Source: Somniosus microcephalus (lineage: Eukaryota). From it: a stretch of 64,000 nt of DNA. Below are positions 39,844 to 50,367 of the stretch, piece after piece (within the stretch, counting starts at the first letter, position 1; each line of letters begins with the position of its first letter). The stretch is from NCBI GenBank assembly GCA_052327205.1, contig CM126214.1, positions 102,300,001 to 102,364,000 of the forward strand. The letters are read 5' to 3'. The position numbers and the translations under genes were made by a program. Below the pieces are notes generated by a model. The model saw only the letters and a program-made list of their open reading frames with translations, ran no database searches and had not been told where the DNA came from.

Positions 39844-40860
39844 TCTATATAAGACCTGTCTGTCTGTTCTCTATATGTTCGAAAGTTATAGAGCGTACCT
39901 ACACACGCGTCACGTCAAAAGAAAGCTTACGATTACGGACCGGTCACAGGCGTATTTACTTTTCCGTCAGACAAAAATCGTGCCCACGATATCCAAAAAA
40001 CGTTCAAAATTCCGCTCATTAAATGGGAAAAGTTCCGCTCATTTGCTCATTAGCATTGAGTGACGTGAAGGTTGACCAATCGTGCGGTCGAGCGACCTGA
40101 CAGTTGACCGACGGTTGACCAATTGCTGCGTCGCGGGGGCGGGTTCATTGTGCATGCGTGCGGGCGGGCCATCCTACAGTTGAGTGTTGAGTGACTTGAC
40201 GATTGACCAATCCTACGCTTCGGTGACCTTGCGGTCGACCAATCGGTGCGTGTGTGGGCGGGCCTTATCATTCTGAACCGAGGTGAGTGGCCGCCATCTT
40301 GATTCTTCACCATTTTTTTCCTCCACACTTTCTGTGTGTTAGGGAACTAAGGAAAATAACAATTTATTTGAGTTTTAAATTGTATTAAGCAACAGTAGGA
40401 AATGAAGTGATCCCCTGCCCTTCGCCCGGAGGCTCGCCTACCTTGACGGCCGTTTCGAGCGGCTGTGCCGGCGCCGGGCTAGACCGAGCAGCCCGGGAAG
40501 CCTGGGCCTTGAGTTGCGGGCAGTGCCGGGAGCCGCCGCGCACAAAACTTCCCCGCGGCGTCAACAGCCCCGCCCCAGAGCCCGACCCAAAGCCACCAGG
40601 TCACCGGCCGCGCCGGGAGCTGCCGCGCACAAAACCGCCCCACGGCGTCAACAGCCCTGCCCCAGAGCCCGACCCAAAGCCATCAGGACACCAGCCGCGG
40701 CGGGCCGTGCCAGGAGCTGCCGCGCACAAAACTTCCCCGCGACGTTAACAGCCCCACCCGAGAGCCCGACCCAAAGCCATCAGGTGAGCGGCCGCGGCGG
40801 CCCAGTCGCTCTCTCACACTCCCAACCACTCACACTCACACTCACACTCACAGTCTCTCT
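39844..40860 (+). mobile_element. Putative Helitron-like element 5' portion (CpG-rich, promoter-like, internal tandem repeats)
   Basis: Begins A|TCTATATAAG..CTGTCTGTCTGT with an abrupt rise in CpG. Three GC-rich repeats of about 87-100 bp at 40525-40800. No 3' hairpin/CTAG end visible. Confidence 0.35.
40056..40302 (+). promoter_or_regulatory. Promoter-like motif cluster
   Basis: Four GACCAAT boxes, three GGGCGG boxes, TGACGT, a donor AG|GTGAGT and a YY1-like GCCGCCATCTTG. Confidence 0.45.
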
Positions 40861-41380
40861 CTCTCTCTCTCGCTCCCAATCTCTCTCTCACGCTCCCAAT
40901 CTCTCTCTCTCTCGCTCTCTCCTTCCATCTCTCTCTCGCTCTCTCCTTCCATCTCTCTCTCGCTCTCTCCTTCCCTCTCTCTCTCGCTCTCTCCTTCCAT
41001 CTCTCTCTCGCTCTCTCCTTCCATCTCTCTCCTTCCATCTCTCTCTCGCTCTCTCCTTCCATCTCTCTCCTTCCATCTCTCTCTCGCTCTCTCCTTCCAT
41101 CTCTCTCCTTCCATCTCTCTCTCTCTCTCTCCTTCCATCTCTCTCTCGCTCTCTCCTTCCATCTCTCTCTCGCTCTCTCCTTCCATCTCTCTCTCGCTCT
41201 CTCCTTCCATCTCTCTCTCGCTCTCTCCTTCCATCTCTCTCTCCTTCCATCTCTCTCTCTCTCTCCTTCCATCTCTCTCTCTCTCTCCTTCCATCTCTCT
41301 CTCTCTCTCCTTCCATCTCTCTCTCTCTCTCCTTCCATCTCTCTCTCTCTCTCTCCTTCCATCTCTCTCTCTCTCCTTCC
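40812..41380. repeat. Compound (CT)n / CCTTCCAT polypyrimidine micro/minisatellite
   Basis: Units of about 24 bp (ctctctctcgctctctccttccat), preceded by (CACACT)n. Confidence 0.95.
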
Positions 41381-41609
41381 AATTCCAATTCCAATTCCAA
41401 TTAAAATGCTTTATTGGCATGAAAGTTTACAGAGAACCATATTGCCAAAGCTTACATAGCAAAAAGGTACAGTTTTCCAACATTCTGTAGGTGTCAATCG
41501 ATTTGACATTTGTTGGGTACATACAATATTACTTTTAAACAATATTAATTTTAAACAGTCTTTGTACTTCATTTGGTACGTTCAATATTAATTTTAAACA
41601 GTCTTAATT

Positions 41610-44600
41610 TTAAACAGTCCTCAGGTTGTGACATGTTGTTACATATTTGGCCCCAAGGTATGGTCTGTCTCCTTCTCCTAGGACTAATCTCAATTTTGAC
41701 AGATCATCCAATTCCTTGAAATCTGGGGTTGTTTGGCTTAGCTTGTTGAATAATATGTTTCTTGATGTGTTGAATTTTTCGCATTTTAGGAGGAAATGCA
41801 TTTCTGTTTCAACCTCGCCAGCCAGACATTGATCGCATATTCTATTCTCTCTAGGCTGCCAGGATTTCTTGTATCTGCCTTTTTCAATTTCCAGTTGGTG
41901 GTCGCTTAGTCTGTACCTGGTGAGGGTCTGTCTCTGTTTTGTGTCTCTGATGGTCGTGAGGTAGTCTGCCAGTTTATATTCTCTTTTTAGGGCCCGGTAA
42001 CATTCTAATCTGCTTTGGCTTTCGGTTATTTTGTTCCAATGTTCCAGGTAGGTTTCTTTGCATTTTTTAATGATTTGGTTCACTCGGATTGGTGTTTGGA
42101 CGGCTGTGTTGGTCTGGGGCTGGTCAGGGTCCGGCTGAGTACTTAGTTTCCGTAGCAGCTGACTCAGGGGACTCTTTTCTGGGTTTAGCTCTTGGGTCTG
42201 AAAGGCTTTGAAATGAAGGGTGTCTGGGGAGCTAGATTTGAGGTGATTTAGGAAGTTTAGTGCTCGTTTTTGGATGTTTATTATCAGTGGGTATCTGCCT
42301 AGTTCGGCTCTGCATGCATTTGTTGGCGTTTTCCTTTGGGTGCGAAGGATGCTTCGGCAGAATTCTGCATGTAGGGCTTCTATTGTATGTTTTTCCCATT
42401 TAGTGTAGCTTTGGTGATTTAGCGGGCCCCATACTTCACTACCGTACAGTGCAATGGGCAGGATTATGCTGTCAAATATTTTGAGCCAGATTTTGATTGG
42501 GATTTGGATGTTGTAGAATTTTCTTTTTATTGCATATAGGGCTCTTCGGGCTTTTTCTTTTAGTGCATTCACTGCTATGCTGAAGCTCCCTGATGCTGTA
42601 ATAGTTAGACCAAGGTAGGTGTAGCTCATAGTGTGTCCTATAGTGGTATCACTGAGGGTAAACTGGTATTTGTTTTCCTGACATCTGGGCCTTTTTTGAA
42701 AAATCATGATGTTGGTTTTCTTTAGATTTACTGTTAGAGCCCAATTTTGGCAGTATTTGTCGAGTAGGTCTAGTTGTTGCTGTAATCCCTGTTCTGTGGG
42801 AGACAGCAGAACCAGGTCGTCCGCATAGAACAGGGATTTCACTTCTCCATCTAGGAGACGGAGACCTGGTGACTCGCTTTGCTCCAGCATGTCTGCTAAT
42901 TCATTTATGTATATGTTGAACAGGGTCGGGCTCAAATTGCAGCCCTGCCGGACGCCTCTTCTCTGGGTGAAGAAATCGGTGCGTTTGTCTCCAATTTTGA
43001 CCCCGCATTTGTTTTTCAGATACATTGATTTAATAAGGTCATAGACTTTGCCCCCTATTCCACATTGAAGGAGTTTATAATAGAGCCCTTCGTGCCATAT
43101 AGAGTCAAAGGCTTTCTTGAAGTCGATGAAACAGGCGAATATTTTCCCATTTTTTGTTTGGTGTATATGTTTTTCAATGAGGGTGTGAAGGGTATAGATA
43201 TGGTCGGCGGTGCGGTGTTTTGGAAGAAAGCCTATTTGGTTTTTTCTGAGGATATTATGTTTGTTAAGAAAATCAAGTAATCTACTATTTAGAATACTGC
43301 AGAATAACTTCCCTAGACAACTGTTGACACAGATGCCGCGGTAGTTATTTGGGTCTGATTTGTTTCCGCTTTTATATATGGGGGAGATTAGTCCTTGGCA
43401 CCAGATATCGGGAAAACAGCCTGAACGTAATATGATGTTGAATAATTTGAGTACCGCACCCTGCATCTCCATATTGCTGAACTTGAGCATTTCATTTTTG
43501 ATGTTGTCTGGGCCACAGGCTTTCTTTAGGTGGAGAGATTTTGTTTTTGTGGCCATTTCTTTCCATGTGATTGGGGAGTCTAGAGGGTTTTGGTTGTCTT
43601 TGATTGTTGCTTCTAATGTGTGGAGTTTTTCTGTGACCTGATGTTGACTTGGGTTTGTTTCGTTTATTGGGATGTCTTTGTAGAGGTTTTCAAAATGTGT
43701 TCTCCAGATGTCGCCATCTTGGATTGGTAATGCTTGCAATTGTGTTGTACTCAGGTTATTCCACATTTCCCAGAATTGTTTTGGGTTGGTGGAGTTTTCA
43801 ATTTCTTCTAGTATTTTGTGGGTATAGTTTTGTGTTTTGTTCCTAATGGTGTGTTTATATCTTTTGAGGGTTTCATTGTATCTAGTACGTAGGTCCGGAT
43901 TGTTTGGTTGGCGATGCTTTTGGTTTGATATTTTTCTCAGGTCTTTTCTGGCATTTTTGCATTCGTGGTCAAACCATTTCTTATTTTTATTTTGTCTTTT
44001 GTGACTCTTCCTCTTCTGTTTCACGAGGTCGGCTTTTACAGCTGCCTCATGAAAGATCATATTTATATCCTCTATGGCCATGTTTACCCCATCTCTGGTG
44101 ATCTCATATAGATTTTCTTTAAATTTTGAAATTTTACTTGTGAGATCAGGTGAATTTAGTGCTGTGATGAATTTATCTCCACTGTCTGGGGCCCATCTGT
44201 ATGTCTGGTTTATTTTATGTAGCTTACTGGGTTCCTTTTTTGTGTCTGTAGTTTGGGCAGAAAGTTTAAGGTACACATTTATTTGGTTATGGTCTGAGAG
44301 GGGGGATTGCTGCCTGACAGTGAATGCGTTGATATCGCAGGGGTCCAGGTCAGTGATTGTATAATCCACCACACTAGACCCAAGAGTTGAGGAATATGTG
44401 AGTCTCCCTAAGGAGTCCCCTCTGAACCTACCGTTAACTATGTACAGGCCTAAGGCTCAGCAGAGTTGCACTACCTCCCTACCGCTTTTATTTATTTCAC
44501 AATCGAGGTTGTTTCGGTTTGCGATGGCTGGTGTGACATATAGAGGGGTCTGGCCAAACACATGGTTGTTGCCCTGTGGGTCTATGAAGTCAGGTTCACA

Positions 44601-45089
44601 TCCTGTCCTTGCATTTAGGTCCCCACATAGTAGCACCTTTCCTTGGGCCTGGAAATGGCTGATTTCCATGTGGAGAGTGTCAAATATCTCCTCTTCAAAA
44701 TATGGCGATTCTATTGGAGGTATGTAGATCGCACATAAGTAAACATCGTTTTTTTCTATTCCTATATTTTTATCTAATTTTAGCCATACGTGTGATTTTC
44801 CCTGTTTTATCGGTGAGATGTGTTTGTTCAGTTCTCCTTTATACCACACCAGGATTCCCCCGGAGGTTCTGCCCTTGCGTGTCTTAATGTTCTTTACTGA
44901 AGGCACAATAATTTCATGGTACATTGGGGGACAGTGGGTCGGCATGTCCTTTTGGCACCATGTTTCTGTTAACACAATTATATCAATGTCTTTTATAGCT
45001 TTTAGGAATTCAGGGTCTGTACTCTTCATCCCAAAAGTTGAGGAGCGGAGGCCCTGGATATTCCAGCAGCTTATGTGGAAAGAACGCAT
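41610..45089 (-). pseudogene. LINE ORF2 (APE endonuclease + reverse transcriptase + CCHC zinc motif) with one in-frame TGA at 44457-44459
   Basis: Motifs WNIQGL, LTETW, GDLNAR, SDH, PNNYRGI, DFKKAFDS, GVRQGCNLSPTLF, YADDL and CDQC..E..HF..C. The two track ORFs are in the same frame, joined by 84 stop-free nt (ALGLYIVNGRFRGDSLGRLTY). Confidence 0.9.
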
Positions 45090-45270
45090 TTATATAGTTC
45101 AATAAAACGAAATAAAATGGACCTATTTTGTGGGATGAGTGTGGAAACACTATTTTCTATAATGCTAAATGATGATTTAGTATAAATTTCATGAGGCATG
45201 CACATATATCTATCTAATAGTAGTAATAATACTGATAAGATAACAATAATGATAATGATAAATAACAATA

Positions 45271-46344
45271 TTAATAATTTCTCCGGCTTTCTATCAGGCT
45301 GTTCAGCATCGTCATGATCTTTCTCAGTTCTTGGTCTACAGTCTGTGGTCTAGAGGGGGGTCTTGGGTTCTGTTGTTGGTTTTGTAAAGGGGGGTGGGGG
45401 ACATTGGTGGTCCTGTTTGGGTTACGGCTCCCAATGGTAGAGGGGGTGGGAGGGCTGCGTCTTTTGGCAGTGTTTATGAGGTTTTTTGCAAAGACCCACA
45501 TCCGCTGTTTGAGTAGATGTATTTCGTCATAGAGGTCCCTTGTGTTGATGTTTGGATGATGGGCCAGGTAGACGTTGGGGAAGACAGAACATCTCGTGTC
45601 GATCTCCCTGTTGGTGTTGTGGATTATATAGGCTGGGGTGTCCTTTCTGGGCAGTAGTGTGGAGATCACGATCCGCGCCTCGGGGAATTCCTTGCTGGCC
45701 TTTTCCGCCATCCTGCTCACCGCCCTAGCAGTGCCTTCCCGTAGGGTGCGTAGGTCGTTTGTGCCTGTGTGGATCACAAGCCATTTGGGGCTTCCAAGGG
45801 ATTCTTTGTTCAGGATCTTCATTGCATGTTCTGTGTTGCTGCACCATTTTTTCAGGACTTGATGACCTGGGAACAGCCTCTGGGGGTCCAGAAACTTTCC
45901 GTTGGAGTCGGTCAGCAGGACCGCCTGAGGGGCTGGTTTTTCAGACTGGGTAGCAGTAGTCTGGGCAGGACTCGACTGATGGCTGGTTGTTGGCTGGGTT
46001 TCTGGGATATGTTGTGTGGCAGGAGCGGGGTTTGAGGCTTTCGGTGTGTCCTCGTGTGGGGGGGCATCTGACGGGTTCTGCGTCCCTGTGTGTGAGGACT
46101 GGGTAGCGGTAGTCTGGGCAGGACTCGACTGAGGGCTGGTTGTTGGCTGGGTTTCTGTGGTGAGCTGTGTGGCAGGAGCGGGGTTTGTGGCTTTCGGTGT
46201 GTCCTCGTGTGGGGTGGCATCCGACGGGTTCTGTGTCCTTGTGTGTGTTGTTTTTTGGACCTTAAGAGGTTTGTGTTGCCTGCTGAGCCTTTCTACGGCC
46301 TCCGTCATTTTGTTTAGTTGGGTATGGAGTTCTTGGATCTTATT
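45271..46344 (-). CDS. LINE ORF1: coiled coil + 2x51-aa Pro/Thr repeat + SGNH esterase domain (open into the gap)
   Basis: SGNH blocks LLTDSN, IHTGTND and DEIHL. 153-bp direct repeat at about 45944/46097. Frame stays open to 46344 (NKIQELHTQLNKM). Confidence 0.8.
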   Translation of the reverse strand, partial: NKIQELHTQLNKMTEAVERLSRQHKPLKVQKTTHTRTQNPSDATPHEDTPKATNPAPATQLTTETQPTTSPQSSPAQTTATQSSHTGTQNPSDAPPHEDTPKASNPAPATQHIPETQPTTSHQSSPAQTTATQSEKPAPQAVLLTDSNGKFLDPQRLFPGHQVLKKWCSNTEHAMKILNKESLGSPKWLVIHTGTNDLRTLREGTARAVSRMAEKASKEFPEARIVISTLLPRKDTPAYIIHNTNREIDTRCSVFPNVYLAHHPNINTRDLYDEIHLLKQRMWVFAKNLINTAKRRSPPTPSTIGSRNPNRTTNVPHPPLQNQQQNPRPPSRPQTVDQELRKIMTMLNSLIESRRNY

Positions 46345-46844
46345 NNNNNNNNNNNNNNNNNNNNNNNNNNNNNNNNNNNNNNNNNNNNNNNNNNNNNNNN
46401 NNNNNNNNNNNNNNNNNNNNNNNNNNNNNNNNNNNNNNNNNNNNNNNNNNNNNNNNNNNNNNNNNNNNNNNNNNNNNNNNNNNNNNNNNNNNNNNNNNNN
46501 NNNNNNNNNNNNNNNNNNNNNNNNNNNNNNNNNNNNNNNNNNNNNNNNNNNNNNNNNNNNNNNNNNNNNNNNNNNNNNNNNNNNNNNNNNNNNNNNNNNN
46601 NNNNNNNNNNNNNNNNNNNNNNNNNNNNNNNNNNNNNNNNNNNNNNNNNNNNNNNNNNNNNNNNNNNNNNNNNNNNNNNNNNNNNNNNNNNNNNNNNNNN
46701 NNNNNNNNNNNNNNNNNNNNNNNNNNNNNNNNNNNNNNNNNNNNNNNNNNNNNNNNNNNNNNNNNNNNNNNNNNNNNNNNNNNNNNNNNNNNNNNNNNNN
46801 NNNNNNNNNNNNNNNNNNNNNNNNNNNNNNNNNNNNNNNNNNNN
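46345..46844. other. Assembly gap (500 N)
   Basis: Run of N. Different, truncated repeats flank the two sides. Confidence 1.
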
Positions 46845-47211
46845 CTAAAACTAAACTTACCTTACTGTAAATTCTTTAAAATAATAAACCTGTGGAAAAA
46901 AAAATTCTAAATTGTACTAAAAGCCCACTTACCTGTAAAACTAAGTACTTACGTCTGGTTTTTCCACACGTAAAAACCGGAGGCCTTTCCACTCGGGCAA
47001 CTCTGGGGGGGGAAAAAAAAAAGGAGTTTCAACTGCGCATAGCGCTGCCTGTGCAGTCGCACGCGTTCTGCCTCTTAACCCCTTGGGTCAGAGGACAGGA
47101 AATGCCGGTTTTCAGCGCATGCACTGTGCATGCTGAAAACCGGCAATTCCTCCGGGCACACGCGTGAGTACCCCGTCCGTACTCACGCGTTGTGACAGGA
47201 ATTACTGGGCC
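46845..47211. mobile_element. Half MITE of the 48432 family, truncated by the gap
   Basis: Collinear with about 48837-49193; ends GAATTACTGGGCC. Confidence 0.7.
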
Positions 47212-48431
47212 GATAAGTGCACAGGAAAGTCATGTACAGATAAATTTGCTGAAATAGCACCGCTGTTTAAAAAGTAGCAATCAATGTTGCTGATGCTCAC
47301 TATGTAAGTGATACTGCTGTTAAGATGTTCTATGTGATTGCTGAAAACCAATTTCTGAGGGAGAATTTTTGAAGAACTGCATGCAGAAATATTGAGGTGG
47401 AAATTCAAGTGCGTGCCATAAGCTTGGGGCTAGAGGCTTATCTGAAATTGGGCCTCAGGCCTCATTTTAATAATAGGGATGAGCTGCGCTGCATGACGCA
47501 CGTCCATTGGCAGTTCGCCCGAAGTCGACGATCAAATTTGGGCCTGCTGCATTGGTAAATCCTGTGAGGTGGGGCAGAGGAAGATGCAGGATGACCGAGT
47601 GTGGTAAGGCCGAGTGCCCGCAGTGGTGCTGTGGAGCCCAGAGAAGCACTTTCCCTGCTCTTATTTCAGCTGCCACCCGGACGTCTGTTTAGGCCACAGT
47701 AGAAATGTAAAAACTAGTTGGAGCTTGTACAGTGCATGCTCCACCTCGTTTTTCACACATTTTGCAGAAGGGTCCTGAAAAAGGTGCAGGACCCTTCTTT
47801 GCATATTTAAATTGATCTAATGCTCATTTCAGTGAGAACCAATAGTCACCGACGCAGATTAGTTGCTGGCCATCATTCGCAGAAATTGGTATACACTGCA
47901 CCCATTTTACCCCCAATAAACCGGTGAAATACACATGAATTTCTAACCCCAGTGTGTCCAAATAACTTTTGCCGAACGTGGCCCACGCCAAGTACCAGGA
48001 TGCTGGAACAGGCCCACCATGGAAATTAAGTTTTACGCCCCTGTCCTAAAGGGACTGTGTTCCAAGAGTCCCCCTTGTTTGGATAATGGCCCCAGAGGGT
48101 AAACACAAAGAAATTAGGAAGATCATATCTGATGTTTGCAGTATTACTTTGCATCCTCAGACAGTCTCGTTCTGAAATCAAAGGGATACCAATTCAAGGA
48201 AAGTCTAGAAAGACAGAGGTAAAGAAAATTAGAGAAAACATTTTGGATCACTAGTTCAGAACATATGCTCTAAATAGGAACGGGCATCTTAGTTCTTCAC
48301 TTCCTTCATTATTCTGTGTCTGATCCATAGAATGCATGTACAATGTATTCATGATGTTAGAACATTCACTTGCAAAGTGCAGTGCCTCATAGCAATAGGA
48401 CATGATAAGTGCCTGCGATTCTCTACACACT

Positions 48432-49193
48432 GGCCCAGAACTTGGTGTCGGGGGCTTGCCGCGCGTGCAAGCCCCCGATCTGCACTCACCCTGCGCGCTG
48501 ACATCTGAAGCCCGGGCCTGCTTGCATTTCCTGTCACAGGCCCGGTTCAGATGTCAGCGCGCAGTGCTTACCTGATCCAGCGGCGTAGTTAGTGCGATGT
48601 GCCGGCTGGGATCAGGTGAGCACTGTACAACCAATCGGGAGGGGAAGGTTCATTCATGAGTTTGAGAGTAAGAACTGTCAAACTCATGAAAACTACGGGG
48701 GCCCAAAACACTATTTAAACTTTAAATAAAAATTTAAAAAACATCCCAATCATTAAATTAAGTATAACTAAGTAAAAAAAATAATTTAAACAATAATTTT
48801 TTTATTTTGAAAAAAATAAATTTTTAATAAAAAGGGTCTAAAACTAAACTTACCTTATTGTAGATTCTTTAAAATAATAAACCTGTGGAAAAAAAATTCT
48901 AAATTACACTAAAACACCACTTACCTGTAAAAATAAATACTTACGTGTGCTTTTTACAAGCGTAAAGACCGGAGGCCTTTACACATGCGCAAATCCCCCA
49001 AAACAGAGGAAGTCCAAGACGCACGCGCTGCCCCCTACAGCGCACGCGCTAGCCTCTTCACCTCTTGGGCTGGAGGAGAGGAAATGCCGGTTTTCAGCGC
49101 ATGCGCTGTGCATGCTGAAAACTGGCATTTCCTCCGGCCAGACGCGTGAGTACCCCTTCCGTACTCACGCGTTTGGGGAGGAATTACTGCCCC
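48432..49193. mobile_element. PIF/Harbinger-like MITE (inverted relative of 22002-22706)
   Basis: 3-bp TSD ACT/ACT. Left end matches the reverse complement of the 22706 end. Confidence 0.75.
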
Positions 49194-50157
49194 ACTGAGT
49201 TCCCAATCTCAGTTGCGTTGTAGTGGCAATATATTGATGAAATCTAGGTCTAGATCTTTTAGTCTTGAGGAATGAGGTAAAGTCGGGGGGAGACCTTCTC
49301 CCTCCCCACCCCACCCAAATTTCCTGCCCAAACACCTTGGCGAAGGCCTGGGTGCAGGTTGACCACCTGACCTCTTGGAATGGCGCATGGTGGGAAAATA
49401 TGAATGAAAGTAAAAAGGAAAAAATTCCACAAAGGCGAGCATCATCCCAAAACAAATCACTTTTATTTGAACATTAAGGAACAGAGGTAACGGACTAGAT
49501 TCCGAGAAATATTGTGTGGGACTCGTAAATCTAGTGAAACATAGAGTGAGCCTTTTCTTGTGGAACAGAACTAGATGTCAGATGAAGGCATGCAGTTTGT
49601 TGTGGAGCCATTCAGGTTAGAGTTCCAAGTATAATGATTTGAATGAACACTAGGAAGTAGCCAAATGCTTAAGTTCTCCATAGTCACTTTTTTGCAGTGG
49701 GGTTATTGTGAGAATTCCTCCACTGAGTTGTGAATTGTGGAAGTACTTTTTGCCAATTTCTGACTGGAAGTGGAATTTTAATTTATTTTGCTGAAAAGTT
49801 TACAATAACGTATTGAAGTGAGGTTCCAGAACTGTGATATAACCAAAGAGCTGTCTTTTTTACACAAAAGGTATTTAGATTTATAAAGAGATTGTGGCAT
49901 GGAATCGATTGTCAATCGTGCTCAATTTGAGCCATTCACAGCCGTGATGGATGGAATGAGATTAATGGTATCGAGCTATGTATTTTGTCCAGGCCAAAAT
50001 TTGGATTCTGGGAAAACACATTTTCTTGGGCATAATGGTCGGCAGTGCTGAGAGCCTGTTTAATGCTCTGAATTCTATTTGTGTTGCCTGCAGATTTGCC
50101 TTGGAATGGTCTTGGATCTTTGTTCTAACTTGACTAATGTCAAATTTGGCAAATTAT

Positions 50158-50344
50158 GCACTGCCTGAAAGGATGGTCGAGGCAGATACAAACGTGGCTT
50201 TCAAAAGGGAGTTGGATAAGTACCTGCAGGGCTACGGGGAAAGGGCAGGGGAGTGGGACTAGCTGAAGTGCTCTTGCAGAGAGCTAGCACGGGCTCGACA
50301 GGCTGAATGGCCTCCTTCTATGCTGTAACTATTCTATGATTCTA
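50158..50344 (+). mobile_element. CR1 3' fragment
   Basis: attctatgattcta tail and 3' stem-loop. Confidence 0.8.
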
Positions 50345-50367
50345 ACCTAGCTCGGTGTTGCATTAAA

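Larger units (their letters stand above)
41377..46344 (-). mobile_element. Near-intact RTE-X-like non-LTR retrotransposon (5' end lost in the gap)
   Basis: ORF1 encodes an esterase; ORF2 encodes APE endonuclease, RT and a C-terminal CCHC motif. The 3' end has AATAAA (41410-41415, minus) and a (TTGGAA)4 tail. Confidence 0.85.

Noticed and set aside
40514-41420. Long ORFs (ER/RE- or LS-rich)
   Set aside because: These are translations of the microsatellite.
44457-44459. Programmed readthrough or selenocysteine at the LINE TGA
   Set aside because: A CpG transition is the simpler explanation, and a single copy gives no supporting signal.
46157-46870. ORFs containing X runs
   Set aside because: Artefacts of the N gap.
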